A stretch of DNA of 64,000 bases from an uncultured Verrucomicrobiaceae bacterium (GCA_942493005.1 OW818661.1:2791060-2855059), one strand, 5' to 3'. Shown: positions 34,660-44,195, numbered from the stretch's first letter. Numbers and translations are program-made. Notes: generated from the letters alone by a model not told the origin.

Positions 34660-36612
34660 ATGAGCGCCGCCGCCACCACCCACGATCACTCCCACGGAGC
34701 AGATCATGCGCATGACCACCACGAGCCGGGATTCTTCGGCAAGTATATCTTCTCCTGTGACCATAAGGTCATCGGTATCCAGTACGCACTCAGCGGTTTG
34801 CTTTTCCTGCTTCTGGGCTTCTTCCTCATGTTGCTCATGCGCTGGAGCATCGCCTTCCCTGGCCAGCCTGTCCCAGGATTGCTGTTTGTTGAGAGCCTCC
34901 CGATCCTAGGTCCGCTTTTCCATGAAACCATCGGTCGCTGGGCACCGGGCGGTATCGTCAATGGTGAACTCTACAACATGCTTGGTGCCATGCACGGCAC
35001 CATCATGGTGTTCCTCGGCATCGTGCCTCTCGGTTTCGCTGGTTTCGTCAATTTCGTCATGCCTCTTCAGATCGGCACGATTGATATGGCCTTCCCGAAA
35101 CTGAACATGTGGAGCTTCTGGCTTTTCTTCGTCAGCGGCGTCCTGATGATTTACAGCTTCTTCGTTGGCACGGGCCCTGTGCAGACGGGTTGGACAATGT
35201 ATTCCCCGCTCGCTTCCACCACTACTCTGGCCGTCACCAACGTCTGGGCTCACGGCCACACCTGGTGGCTCACCGCCATGGTGTTTAACATCTCCGCTTC
35301 CCTTCTGGGTTCGGTGAACGTGATCACCACCGTGATCAACCTCCGCGCCAAAGGCATGAGCTGGATGCGGATGCCGTTCTTCTGCTGGGCCATGTTCGTC
35401 ACCAGCTTCCTTCTCCTCTTGGCCTTCCCTCCACTGGAAGTGGCTGCTCTGCTTCAGCTTGTGGACCGTGTCTTCGGTTCCAGCTTTTTCCTTCCGACTG
35501 GCTTGATGGAAGGTGGTCAGCACCTCGACATCTCGGGTGGTGGTAGTCCGCTGCTTTACCAGCACCTGTTCTGGTTCCTCGCTCACCCTGAAGTGTACGT
35601 TTTGATTCTGCCTGCCTTCGCCATCCTTTCTGAAGTCATCCCGGCCAATACCCGCCGCCCGCTTTGGGGCTACAAGTCCATGGTCTATGCAGCCATGACC
35701 CTCGGCTTCCTCAGCTTCCTGGTTTGGGCTCACCACATGTATCTGACGGGCATGGGCACCATGATGTCCACCTACTTCCAGATCACCACGGTGCTGATCT
35801 CCGTGCCTTCTGTGATTCTTTTGACTGGTCTGATGATCTCTCTCTGGGGCGGCTCCATTCGTTTCACCCCACAGATGCTTTTCGCATCTGCCTTCCTGCC
35901 GATGTTTGGTATCGGTGGTCTGACGGGCCTGCCTTTGGCTTTCACCTTCATTGACCTTGCTCTTCACGATACCTACTACGTGATCGGTCACTTCCACTAC
36001 GTCGTGGCTCCGGGCACCATCTTCGCCCTCTTCGCCGGTGTCTATCATTGGTATCCGAAGATCACAGGCCGCATCATGAGCGACTTCTTGGGCAAGTTGC
36101 ACTTCTGGCCTTCCCTCGTCGGTATGAACCTCATCTTTGCTCCGATGTTCATTCAGGGCATGGGCGGCTTCCACCGCCGCTGGTATGACGGTGGCAAATA
36201 CTTCGAGCAGACCAGCAGTGCCTCCAACTGGGTGACCAAGCTGACTTCGGACTTCTTCGGCATCTTCGGCATGGACGTCCCCAACAACCTCCTCGGCCTG
36301 AACGTGCTGATGACCGTTGGCGCGACCATCCTCGCCCTGGGTCAGGTTCCATTCATCCTGAATGTCTTCCTCAGCATCAAAGGCGGTAAGAAGGCCAATA
36401 GCGATAACCCATGGCATTGCACCACCCTTGAGTGGGCGACTCCAACGCCACCTCCCCATGGCAACTTCACGTTTGAGCCGATCGTTACCCGTGGCCCTTA
36501 CGAATACAGCGTTCCTGGCTGCACCCAGGATTATCTCCCGCAGTGGGAAAGCGAGCCCGGCAAAGCTGCCACTGCTCCTGCTTCCACACCCGCCCCGGTT
36601 GCTCATCATTGA
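34660..36612 (+). CDS. ctaD: aa3-type cytochrome c oxidase subunit I
   Basis: FSCDHKVIGIQY, WFLAHPEVYVLILPAF, WAHHMYLTGMG and VIGHFHYVVAPG, so all six canonical His positions are present. His-rich N-terminus THDHSHGADHAHDHH. Confidence 0.95.
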   Translation: MSAAATTHDHSHGADHAHDHHEPGFFGKYIFSCDHKVIGIQYALSGLLFLLLGFFLMLLMRWSIAFPGQPVPGLLFVESLPILGPLFHETIGRWAPGGIVNGELYNMLGAMHGTIMVFLGIVPLGFAGFVNFVMPLQIGTIDMAFPKLNMWSFWLFFVSGVLMIYSFFVGTGPVQTGWTMYSPLASTTTLAVTNVWAHGHTWWLTAMVFNISASLLGSVNVITTVINLRAKGMSWMRMPFFCWAMFVTSFLLLLAFPPLEVAALLQLVDRVFGSSFFLPTGLMEGGQHLDISGGGSPLLYQHLFWFLAHPEVYVLILPAFAILSEVIPANTRRPLWGYKSMVYAAMTLGFLSFLVWAHHMYLTGMGTMMSTYFQITTVLISVPSVILLTGLMISLWGGSIRFTPQMLFASAFLPMFGIGGLTGLPLAFTFIDLALHDTYYVIGHFHYVVAPGTIFALFAGVYHWYPKITGRIMSDFLGKLHFWPSLVGMNLIFAPMFIQGMGGFHRRWYDGGKYFEQTSSASNWVTKLTSDFFGIFGMDVPNNLLGLNVLMTVGATILALGQVPFILNVFLSIKGGKKANSDNPWHCTTLEWATPTPPPHGNFTFEPIVTRGPYEYSVPGCTQDYLPQWESEPGKAATAPASTPAPVAHH

Positions 36613-36658
36613 TCCGAGCCCAGACCTGAGAACTGAACCCTGAGCAATTCCTTTCGCA

Positions 36659-38071
36659 ATGGACATCCCCTATACCGTAACCGCCCGTCCTGACACGGGC
36701 CTCTACAATGCCAAAGTCGGCATTTGGCTCTTCCTCGCTTCTGAGGTGATGCTTTTCGGCGGCCTTTTCTCCTCCTACATCTTCCTGCGGGTAGGAGCAG
36801 ACTATCACTGGCCTGTTCACGAACTGAACGTTATGATGGGATTCATCAACACCTTGGTGCTGATCTTTTCCTCTGTGACAGTTTTGCTCGCCTGGGCTAA
36901 CTTGAAGCTGCGCAACATTGGCAAGTTCAAGATGTATCTGGCCATCACGATCCTTTGCGCCATGGCCTTCATGGTCATTAAGGGTTTTGAATACAACTCC
37001 AAATTCAATCACTACGCTGTCAAACTGACGGATGGCACCTTCCTCACCGGTCATTTGGACGAAGGTTATGAGATCAAGTTTGGCGAGGCCAAAGAATTTA
37101 CCCTTACCATCACGGGTGAGAACAAAGCCATTGATGCAGATCCTGCAGGTTACGTGGTTCCGTTTGTGGATGGTGACCTTCCAGCCTTCAAGTTGGATTC
37201 CGGTGAAGAATTTTCCTTGGAAGCCTCAGCTTTCAAAGCCTTCCGCAAAAAGACCGTCGCTGCCGCCAAGGAAACCCTGGAAAAGCGCCGCCAGGAACTG
37301 CGTGATCAAGGTAAAACTGATAAAGCTCGCGAACTGAACATCATTCCTGACACGACGATCAAGATCGTCGCTAGCCAGCCTGTGAAGTTCAAGGTCAAGC
37401 CTTCCAAGCTTCTCGGTTATTCGGGAGAGACCATCACCTTCGCCGACGGCACGACTGCCAAAGGCAAGCTGCTTGACGACAAGATGACTCTCACTGTGGA
37501 TGGCGTGGATACTCGCTCCGTTCCCGACGCTGAGAAGTCCCTCGCCTGGAGCAGCCAGTATCTCGGAGAAGGTTGGAAAAAGACCTTCATTGCCAAACGC
37601 GACGACGCCCAGGCTGAGTTCAAGAAAGACTATCCGAACCGTGATCCTCAGAAGAGCGCCACTCACCAGAAAGAAGCTTTTTATCTGCACATCCATTCTG
37701 CCACACCACCCGCTGAAAGTGCCCATGGCGACGGTCATGCAGCCGAAGCCGCGGCTGAACACGGTGAATCTCATGACGCTCATGCGGCCCACGGTCCAAA
37801 AGTGGTCCTGGAAAAGAAAGACATCGCTTTCTACTCCAACTACACGCCGAAACTGAACACTTACTACGCCATCTACTTCACCCTCACAGGTCTTCACGGT
37901 CTGCACGTGGTGGCAGGTGCCCTGGTGCTGACTTACTTCCTTTTGTTCGACGGCAAAATGCTTCGTAACGACCCTGAGCGCCTTGCGAACCGCGTGGAAG
38001 TCGGCGGCCTGTTCTGGCACTTTGTGGACTTGGTGTGGATCTTCCTGTTCCCACTGCTTTATCTCCTGTAA
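36659..38071 (+). CDS. ctaE: cytochrome c oxidase subunit III with ~285-aa hydrophilic insertion
   Basis: N-terminal helices (GIWLFLASEVMLFGGLFSSY, ..VIKGFEY) and C-terminal LTGLHGLHVVAG..GLFWHFVDLVWIFLFPLLY. These are separated by a long soluble segment covering residues ~113-400. Confidence 0.9.
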   Translation: MDIPYTVTARPDTGLYNAKVGIWLFLASEVMLFGGLFSSYIFLRVGADYHWPVHELNVMMGFINTLVLIFSSVTVLLAWANLKLRNIGKFKMYLAITILCAMAFMVIKGFEYNSKFNHYAVKLTDGTFLTGHLDEGYEIKFGEAKEFTLTITGENKAIDADPAGYVVPFVDGDLPAFKLDSGEEFSLEASAFKAFRKKTVAAAKETLEKRRQELRDQGKTDKARELNIIPDTTIKIVASQPVKFKVKPSKLLGYSGETITFADGTTAKGKLLDDKMTLTVDGVDTRSVPDAEKSLAWSSQYLGEGWKKTFIAKRDDAQAEFKKDYPNRDPQKSATHQKEAFYLHIHSATPPAESAHGDGHAAEAAAEHGESHDAHAAHGPKVVLEKKDIAFYSNYTPKLNTYYAIYFTLTGLHGLHVVAGALVLTYFLLFDGKMLRNDPERLANRVEVGGLFWHFVDLVWIFLFPLLYLL

Positions 38072-38110
38072 TCGCCAGTTCTTCCTTTCACCTTTTCCCT
38101 TTCAAGTTTT

Positions 38111-38437
38111 ATGGCCGACAGTCCTGAAGAAATCCACAAGTCGATCAAGAAGATCCTCATCGTCGGGGGTCTCCTCGCGGCGCTCACTGCCGCTACCGTG
38201 GGTCTTTCCTATGTGGAATTGCCCACCCACAGCATGAACATTCTGGCGGGTATGATCTTGGCAGCTTTCAAGGCAGGCCTTGTCGCCCTGATCTTCATGC
38301 ACTTGAATCATGAAAGCCCGCTGATTTATAAAATCTTGGCTTTCACAGGAGCCTTCGCCATCGCGTTGTTCTTTTTGTTCGTATTCTCTGCCAGCGATCC
38401 GTTGGTCTTCCACGGCTTTTACGACAGCAACAATTGA
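38111..38437 (+). CDS. ctaF: cytochrome c oxidase subunit IV (prokaryotic COX4 family)
   Basis: 108 aa with three TM segments. KKILIVGGLLAALTAATVG..AFKAGLVALIFMHL pattern. Confidence 0.72.
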   Translation: MADSPEEIHKSIKKILIVGGLLAALTAATVGLSYVELPTHSMNILAGMILAAFKAGLVALIFMHLNHESPLIYKILAFTGAFAIALFFLFVFSASDPLVFHGFYDSNN

Positions 38438-38452
38438 TCCCCCTCACTGGTC

Positions 38453-38659
38453 ATGTCACTCAAGCACTTCCACATTGTCTTTCTCTTTTTCGCCATTCTC
38501 GGTGACCTGGGTTTTTGGCTGTGGACACGTATGCTCCCTGAGCAGGCGGCTTCTTTGGGTGTGACTGGTCTGGGTGCTTTTGCTGGCTGGCTCAGTCTTG
38601 TGATGACGGCCTATGGCATCTGGTATGTGGTGAAAAAGAGCCGCACCATCATTGTCTGA
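38453..38659 (+). CDS. small two-TM membrane protein
   Basis: 68 aa. HIVFLFFAILGDLGFWLW and LGAFAGWLSLVMTAYGIWYVV. ATG start, sited between oxidase genes. Confidence 0.45.
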   Translation: MSLKHFHIVFLFFAILGDLGFWLWTRMLPEQAASLGVTGLGAFAGWLSLVMTAYGIWYVVKKSRTIIV

Positions 38660-38680
38660 CCCCTTTTCCTAGCTGCCTCC

Positions 38681-38872
38681 ATGAACGCTTTTCTTTTCCA
38701 GCTTGCCTGCGCCACCTGCCGCCCGGATCCGGGCAGCGTTATGGCTCAGGCCCAGGACTTAGCCGTTTTGGTGATGCTAGGTTTCCTCGCCCTCGGCATG
38801 GGTGCCGTGGGTTTGATTTTCTTTAACTTTGTCCGCAAACAAAACCGTCTCCCCGCTGACGCGCAGTTTTAA
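38681..38872 (+). CDS. small single-TM protein with N-terminal CxxC
   Basis: 63 aa. LACATCRPDPG, then TM LAVLVMLGFLALGMGAVGLIFFNF. Located directly upstream of the subunit II gene. Confidence 0.45.
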   Translation: MNAFLFQLACATCRPDPGSVMAQAQDLAVLVMLGFLALGMGAVGLIFFNFVRKQNRLPADAQF

Positions 38873-38893
38873 ATTTCCCTCCCGTAATCTCTC

Positions 38894-39691
38894 ATGAGCG
38901 TCTCTGACATCAATACCTGGATTGGCATCACCCAAAACGCCTCTGAGCATGGCGGTCTTGTGGATCACATGCTCGGCTTCGTCCACTGGTTCATGCTGGC
39001 CCTGTTCATCGGCTGGTCCATCTTCCTCACGATCGCCTTCACGCGTTTCCGCAAGTCGAAAAATCCCTCGGCGGATTACCATGGTGTTCGCGGCCATGCC
39101 TCCACCCATATCGAAATCGGCGTGGTCGTGGTAGAAGCTATTCTTCTCTTGGGTTTCGCCTTCCCTCTCTGGTCCCGCCAGGCTGATGACTTCCCAACCA
39201 GCCCCGACACCATCAAGATCCGCGCCCTGGGCGAGAAGTTCCTCTGGAACTTCCAGTATCCAGGCAATGACATGATGCTGAGCACCTGGAGCATGAAGGG
39301 CATCACCCCATCAAACGTCACCGGTCGCGACCTCATGGACCCTAACGGCAAGGATGACTTTGTCAGCCCTAGCACCATGAAACTCCCTGTCGGCCGCCCT
39401 GTCATCGTGGACGTCAGTAGCAAGGATGTGATCCATAACCTGGCCCTTGTGCCCATGCGTTCCGCCCAGGATGCCATTCCAGGTGTCAAAGCCCACATGT
39501 GGTTCAAGCCTGTAAAGGAAGGAACCTGGGACATCATCTGCGGTCAGCTTTGCGGCCCGGGTCATGCTCAGATGCGTGCCGTTTTGGAAGTCATGGATGG
39601 CAAAGAATATGACGAATGGGCCAAGGAGCAGTCCGCGAGCGCTGCCGCCAAGTCTGCTGCCTCCACTGCGCCCGTGACCGCGGCTAAGTAA
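38894..39691 (+). CDS. ctaC: cytochrome c oxidase subunit II (CuA, no fused cytochrome c domain)
   Basis: Two N-terminal TM segments. Cupredoxin motifs SKDVIHNLALVPMR and ICGQLCGPGHAQM. Confidence 0.9.
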   Translation: MSVSDINTWIGITQNASEHGGLVDHMLGFVHWFMLALFIGWSIFLTIAFTRFRKSKNPSADYHGVRGHASTHIEIGVVVVEAILLLGFAFPLWSRQADDFPTSPDTIKIRALGEKFLWNFQYPGNDMMLSTWSMKGITPSNVTGRDLMDPNGKDDFVSPSTMKLPVGRPVIVDVSSKDVIHNLALVPMRSAQDAIPGVKAHMWFKPVKEGTWDIICGQLCGPGHAQMRAVLEVMDGKEYDEWAKEQSASAAAKSAASTAPVTAAK

Positions 39692-39722
39692 TCCGACTTT
39701 TCCCTGTTCAGCTTTTTTCGGG

Positions 39723-39760
39723 AATGTCCCGCTTCTGATCAGGGAGCGGGACATTTTTTT
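39723..39760 (+). terminator. rho-independent terminator after ctaC
   Basis: Stem atgtcccgct (39724-39733) / agcgggacat (39744-39753), followed by T7. Confidence 0.88.
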
Positions 39761-39777
39761 GACAACCCACCCCGACC

Positions 39778-40806
39778 ATGATCTGGACCCGCTTTCAAAA
39801 ACTCGCGCTCATCGCTTTCATCACTGTCGAAGTGTTGATCTTTGTCGGCGCAGTGGTGCGGGCCACGGGTTCTGGCCTGGGCTGTCCGGATTGGCCCAAA
39901 TGCTACGGCTGCTGGGTCCCACCAACCAGCGCGGAGGACATTGATTTCAGCCAACTGAAGATCGAAAAATTCCGCGCCAAGGCCGCCGCCCATGGACGTG
40001 ATCCAGCGACGATCACGCCTGAAACGATCAAAGCGGAGTTCGACGCTACGGCGACCTGGATCGAATACTTTAACCGCCTCACCAGCATCCCTGTCGGCAT
40101 TGCCACCATCGCTCTGTTCATCGCCGCGTTTGGTGAATACCGTAAAGGGCGGACTCGTGTTTTCCTTGCTGCGATAGCTTCAGTTTTGTTGGTGGGGATC
40201 AATGCCTGGCTTGGGGCCAAAGTAGTCTTCAGTGCACTGAAACCTGGAACCATCACAGTGCACATGGCTTTAGCTATCCTATTGCAATGTGTCCTGGTCT
40301 ACACCGCCTGGAGTGCTAATGATCAGCCGTGGAAACTTTCTTGGAAACAACACGTCCACAACGGTTTACGCTGGATCGCCTGGATTCTGTTCGGTCTCAT
40401 CGCCATTGAAGGCGTTCTGGGCTCCCAAGTTCGCCAATTAACGGATATGCTGGCTCAGACCCACGCCGGGCATCCGCGTAGCGAATGGGTAACAGAGCTG
40501 GAGCAGAGCTGGGTTTACCTCCTTCACCGCAGTTTCTCTTGGCTCATCCTCTTCGCCGGAGCCGCTTTTTTACACCTTAGCCGCCGTCACCTCACCCGCG
40601 CTGGTTGGCTGGAATGGAGCGTCTTTGGCCTGATCTTTAGCCAAATGATCCTGGGTGTGGTCTTGGCCCATGTCGGGATTGTGGGCATCGCTCAAGTGTT
40701 GCACATCGGTCTGTCCTCTTTGCTAGTCAGCGCCCTGTTCCTTTGGCTGCTGGGCTCCACTGGAAAGGTCATCAGTGTTTCTGGCGAAACGTCACCAGCG
40801 CGTTAA
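39778..40806 (+). CDS. ctaA: heme A synthase (COX15/CtaA)
   Basis: VRATGSGLGCPDWPKCYGCW motif, a multi-TM layout, and conserved His residues in the helices. Confidence 0.85.
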   Translation: MIWTRFQKLALIAFITVEVLIFVGAVVRATGSGLGCPDWPKCYGCWVPPTSAEDIDFSQLKIEKFRAKAAAHGRDPATITPETIKAEFDATATWIEYFNRLTSIPVGIATIALFIAAFGEYRKGRTRVFLAAIASVLLVGINAWLGAKVVFSALKPGTITVHMALAILLQCVLVYTAWSANDQPWKLSWKQHVHNGLRWIAWILFGLIAIEGVLGSQVRQLTDMLAQTHAGHPRSEWVTELEQSWVYLLHRSFSWLILFAGAAFLHLSRRHLTRAGWLEWSVFGLIFSQMILGVVLAHVGIVGIAQVLHIGLSSLLVSALFLWLLGSTGKVISVSGETSPAR

Positions 40807-40818
40807 GTTGTCACCCCC

Positions 40819-41763
40819 ATGTCTGAAAGCGCTAGCCCCTCCCCCGAGACTGCCTCCAAAACCTGGAGCATGAATGACTTGCTCGTGCTCACCAAGTTCC
40901 GGCTGAGTGCGTTGGTCATCGTCACCACCTTCGTTGGCTTCTGGCTGCGGGTGGGGACAAACCTAGATGGCTGGTTACTTTTCCACACCATTTTAGGCAG
41001 CAGTCTGGCCGCATTCGGTGCAGCAGTATTTAACCAGCTCATGGAGATCGAGCCCGATTCACGCATGCTGCGCACGGCGGATCGTCCCCTGCCCTCGGGC
41101 CGCATCAGTCCGAGTGCTGCTTTTGGCATCGGCTGGCTGCTGAGTTCCTTTGCGCTCATCCACCTCGTCGCCAAGGTCAACTTTGAAGCAGCGGCCCTTA
41201 CGGCGCTCACGCTCTTCACCTACCTATTCATTTACACCCCCCTGAAAAAACAATCGCCCACGAACACTCTTGTGGGTGCGGTCTCAGGGGCGCTACCTCC
41301 ACTGATCGGCTGGGCGGGTGCAGCGGGTCAATTGCCCCATGAGGCTGCCTATGTGCGCTGGGAGCTTTTGTGGGAACCGGGGGCCATTTACCTTTTTGCC
41401 CTGCTCTTTCTCTGGCAGCTGCCTCACTTCCTAGCCATCAACTGGATGTATCGTGATGAATACCGTCGGGGTGGTTTTGTCATGCTGGCCAACGATGATG
41501 AAGAAGGGGTGCGCACCTCCAAACACGCCTTGGCTTACTCCATCGCCACCTTTCTGCTGATGTTCTATCCCGTGCAGCAGGGACTGGTGGTGACCTGGAT
41601 TTTCCTACCGCTGGCTCTGGCCCTCGCAGGCTGGCTGTGCAAACTGGCCATGGATTTCCAAAAGAATCCCGAACGAGCCTCCGCCCGTAAGCTTTTCTTC
41701 TGCACACTGATGTATCTACCCGGCATCCTGTTCATCTCTGCCATCGCCTGGAAGCGAGCTTGA
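40819..41763 (+). CDS. ctaB: protoheme IX farnesyltransferase (heme O synthase)
   Basis: UbiA-family motifs NQLMEIEPDSRMLRTADRPLPSGRIS and a second Asp-rich region YRDEYRRGG. Confidence 0.9.
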   Translation: MSESASPSPETASKTWSMNDLLVLTKFRLSALVIVTTFVGFWLRVGTNLDGWLLFHTILGSSLAAFGAAVFNQLMEIEPDSRMLRTADRPLPSGRISPSAAFGIGWLLSSFALIHLVAKVNFEAAALTALTLFTYLFIYTPLKKQSPTNTLVGAVSGALPPLIGWAGAAGQLPHEAAYVRWELLWEPGAIYLFALLFLWQLPHFLAINWMYRDEYRRGGFVMLANDDEEGVRTSKHALAYSIATFLLMFYPVQQGLVVTWIFLPLALALAGWLCKLAMDFQKNPERASARKLFFCTLMYLPGILFISAIAWKRA

Positions 41764-41806
41764 TGAAACCAGCTGCCACAAAACCCAACCCGCCTAATTT
41801 TTGACT

Positions 41807-42511
41807 ATGTCCCAGCCCCTTTCGGATCCCAAACCTTCCCTCACCCCCTGGGCCATCTGGATTCCTGTCATCATCGCCGTACTCGGTGTGGTTGTGTTTT
41901 ACAATTACCTCATCGCTATGCAGCAGCAGGCCAAGAGTGAAGATAAAAACCGCCCCGCCATCCTGGGCCGTTTAGAGCGAGATCTGGTGCTGACTGAGCG
42001 CGATGGCCGCAAGGTTCACCTGGACGAATTACGCGGTAAGGTGCTGTTGACCTCTTGGGTTTACACCCGCTGCCCACGTGGTTGCGCGGGAGTCATCGCC
42101 AAGCTGAAGAAGCTTCAGGAAGAGTACAAGAATAACCCGAACGTTCACTTCATCTCCTTCACTCTGGACCCTGAAGACACCCCGGAAATGATGCAGAAAT
42201 TTGCCAGGGGTATCAATGTGCAGGATACTGACCCGTGGTGGTTTGTGAACGGGGCGAAAGATGAAGTGCGCAACTACATGACCCAGTTCATGAAATTCCG
42301 TCCGGTGCAGGATCTGCCGGAAGCGGATCGCCTGTCTCCGGATGACAAATACATCCACGACCTGCGTGTGGCCTTGGTGGATCACAAAGGTCACGTGCGT
42401 GGCACTCAATACGATCTCATGAATGCCGATCCTCAGTTTGGCGATTACTTTGAAGCTCAACTTCGCAAAGATCTGGACTTCGTGCTCAAAGAAAAGGAAC
42501 AGGGCAAATAA
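41807..42511 (+). CDS. SCO1/SenC-family copper chaperone
   Basis: TM anchor. Thioredoxin-like LLTSWVYTRCPRGCAG (CxxxC) and a downstream His (LVDHKGHVRG). ATG at 41807. Confidence 0.8.
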   Translation: MSQPLSDPKPSLTPWAIWIPVIIAVLGVVVFYNYLIAMQQQAKSEDKNRPAILGRLERDLVLTERDGRKVHLDELRGKVLLTSWVYTRCPRGCAGVIAKLKKLQEEYKNNPNVHFISFTLDPEDTPEMMQKFARGINVQDTDPWWFVNGAKDEVRNYMTQFMKFRPVQDLPEADRLSPDDKYIHDLRVALVDHKGHVRGTQYDLMNADPQFGDYFEAQLRKDLDFVLKEKEQGK

Positions 42512-42549
42512 ACAGCCTCCTCTTTAAACTCCTCACATTACCCGCCCGA

Positions 42550-42981
42550 ATGACTGTTTACGACCTGCCCCCGATCAATGCGACCCTGAACGCCTGTGCG
42601 ACGGTGTTTATCATCCTCGGCCTCATCTTCATCAAGCTCGGCAACAAGAAAGCGCACATCGCCTGCATGGCCACGGCGCTGACGTTTTCGGCGGCATTCC
42701 TGGGCTGCTATTTGTATTATCACTTCCATGTGCTGCATGTGAAATTCGCCGGCACAGGGGGCATCAAGACTTTCTACTATGGGCTGCTCATCACCCATGT
42801 TTTCCTCGCTATCGTGAACCTGCCCATGATTATCATGACGGTGATCCCGGCACTCCGGCAGCGCTTTGATAAGCACAAGCGTCTCGCCAAATGGACTGCG
42901 CCCATCTGGCTGTATGTCTCCATCACTGGAGTGATCGTTTACATGATGTGCTATCAATGGTACGGCCCGCCGATCCGCTGA
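42550..42981 (+). CDS. DUF420 membrane protein (oxidase-cluster associated)
   Basis: 143 aa with four TM segments. INATLNACATVFIILGLIFI..KKAHIACM pattern. Confidence 0.72.
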   Translation: MTVYDLPPINATLNACATVFIILGLIFIKLGNKKAHIACMATALTFSAAFLGCYLYYHFHVLHVKFAGTGGIKTFYYGLLITHVFLAIVNLPMIIMTVIPALRQRFDKHKRLAKWTAPIWLYVSITGVIVYMMCYQWYGPPIR

Positions 42982-43001
42982 GTAGGCCATCGTTAAATCC
43001 G

Positions 43002-44099
43002 TTACTTCAGCGATTCCAGCTCCACTCGGCGGATGCGCAAGCGATTGAGCCCGCCGATTTTGGAATCACCCGCACAGTAGGCCAGCAGTACCGCGTCCGG
43101 CATCCAGTGAATGGCGGTGTAGCAATACCAGCCGTCGGGATCGGACTCGATGAGCTTCTTGCGGTTCCAGCTTTGGCCACCGTCTGAAGATAGGCCGATC
43201 ACCAGCGGCGTGCGCTTTTTCTCCACCATGGGGTGTTCGCCACTGTGGTCATTCCAGACGGCCAGCAGATCCTGAGAGCCAGGGATACGCTCAATGCTGG
43301 CGGGGGAGGTGGGAGACTTCAATGAGCTCGGTGCAACGGGAGTCCAAGTCTGGCCGCGATCGGTCGAACGGCACTCATATTGCACCCCCTGATCCGTGCG
43401 GTAAAAGGTGAGCAAGGAGGCATCCGCCAGTTCCACGATGCCGGGCTCTTGCAGGCCGGATTGGGTGGAGGGAACGGGCAGCGCCTGCCACTGCGGCGCT
43501 TCTTTCCAGGTCTTTCCTTCATCATCGGAGATCACCCACAGGCCGATGGCGCGAGCATCGAAGGACTTGCTGCTGTCTGGATTTGAATTCCGGGACCGAT
43601 GGGAAGCCAGGGGAGCGATGAGCCTGCCGCTGCTGTGCTGGATGACGCGGTCGTTATTCATCACAAAGTACCCTGGAGCCTCCAGCATGAGCACGGGGTC
43701 GCTCCAGGTCTGGCCTTCATCATCGCTGAAACGCACGTGTGGGCGGCAATCCAGCCAGGTGTTTTTCAGCAGGTAAAAGAAAGCGATACGCCCGCTTTGC
43801 AGTCGCAGGAGGGAGACACTCATCACATTCGCGCCACCTTTGTTTTCCAAGATGATGCGTGGGGCATCCCAAGTTCGGCCTTGATCCTCCGACTGAATGG
43901 AGACAATGCGGGCCGCACTGTGATCTGAGGCCCCGCCAAAAAACTGAGTGTAGTAATAGAGCAATCGGCCCGACTTCAGGGTGATGAAGGAGCCTTCTGA
44001 GTTGCGCGGGAACTCGGGCGTCGGTTCCAGATTTAAGACCACGGTGTCAGCGGCGGCCTGGAGTTGCAGAGCCAAGAGCAGAGCGAGGAAAAAGCGCAT
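43002..44099 (-). CDS. BNR/Asp-box repeat glycoside hydrolase (sialidase-like)
   Basis: Signal peptide plus five Asp-boxes (SEDQGRTW, SDDEGQTW, SDDEGKTW, STDRGQTW, SSDGGQSW). Confidence 0.8.
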   Translation of the reverse strand: MRFFLALLLALQLQAAADTVVLNLEPTPEFPRNSEGSFITLKSGRLLYYYTQFFGGASDHSAARIVSIQSEDQGRTWDAPRIILENKGGANVMSVSLLRLQSGRIAFFYLLKNTWLDCRPHVRFSDDEGQTWSDPVLMLEAPGYFVMNNDRVIQHSSGRLIAPLASHRSRNSNPDSSKSFDARAIGLWVISDDEGKTWKEAPQWQALPVPSTQSGLQEPGIVELADASLLTFYRTDQGVQYECRSTDRGQTWTPVAPSSLKSPTSPASIERIPGSQDLLAVWNDHSGEHPMVEKKRTPLVIGLSSDGGQSWNRKKLIESDPDGWYCYTAIHWMPDAVLLAYCAGDSKIGGLNRLRIRRVELESLK

Positions 44100-44195
44100 G
44101 GGCTACCTACGTGCCTCATCGCACATGCCCTTCATGCGAATATGACACGATAATATCTCTTGCACGTCCCTAGGTCGCACGCTGGACTTAGGGTC

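Noticed and set aside
34906-36666. 586-aa ORF antisense to ctaD.
   Set aside because: The + strand encodes an unmistakable subunit I with all catalytic motifs. The antisense product is R/G/H/E-rich low-complexity sequence, typical of spurious long ORFs in GC-rich DNA.
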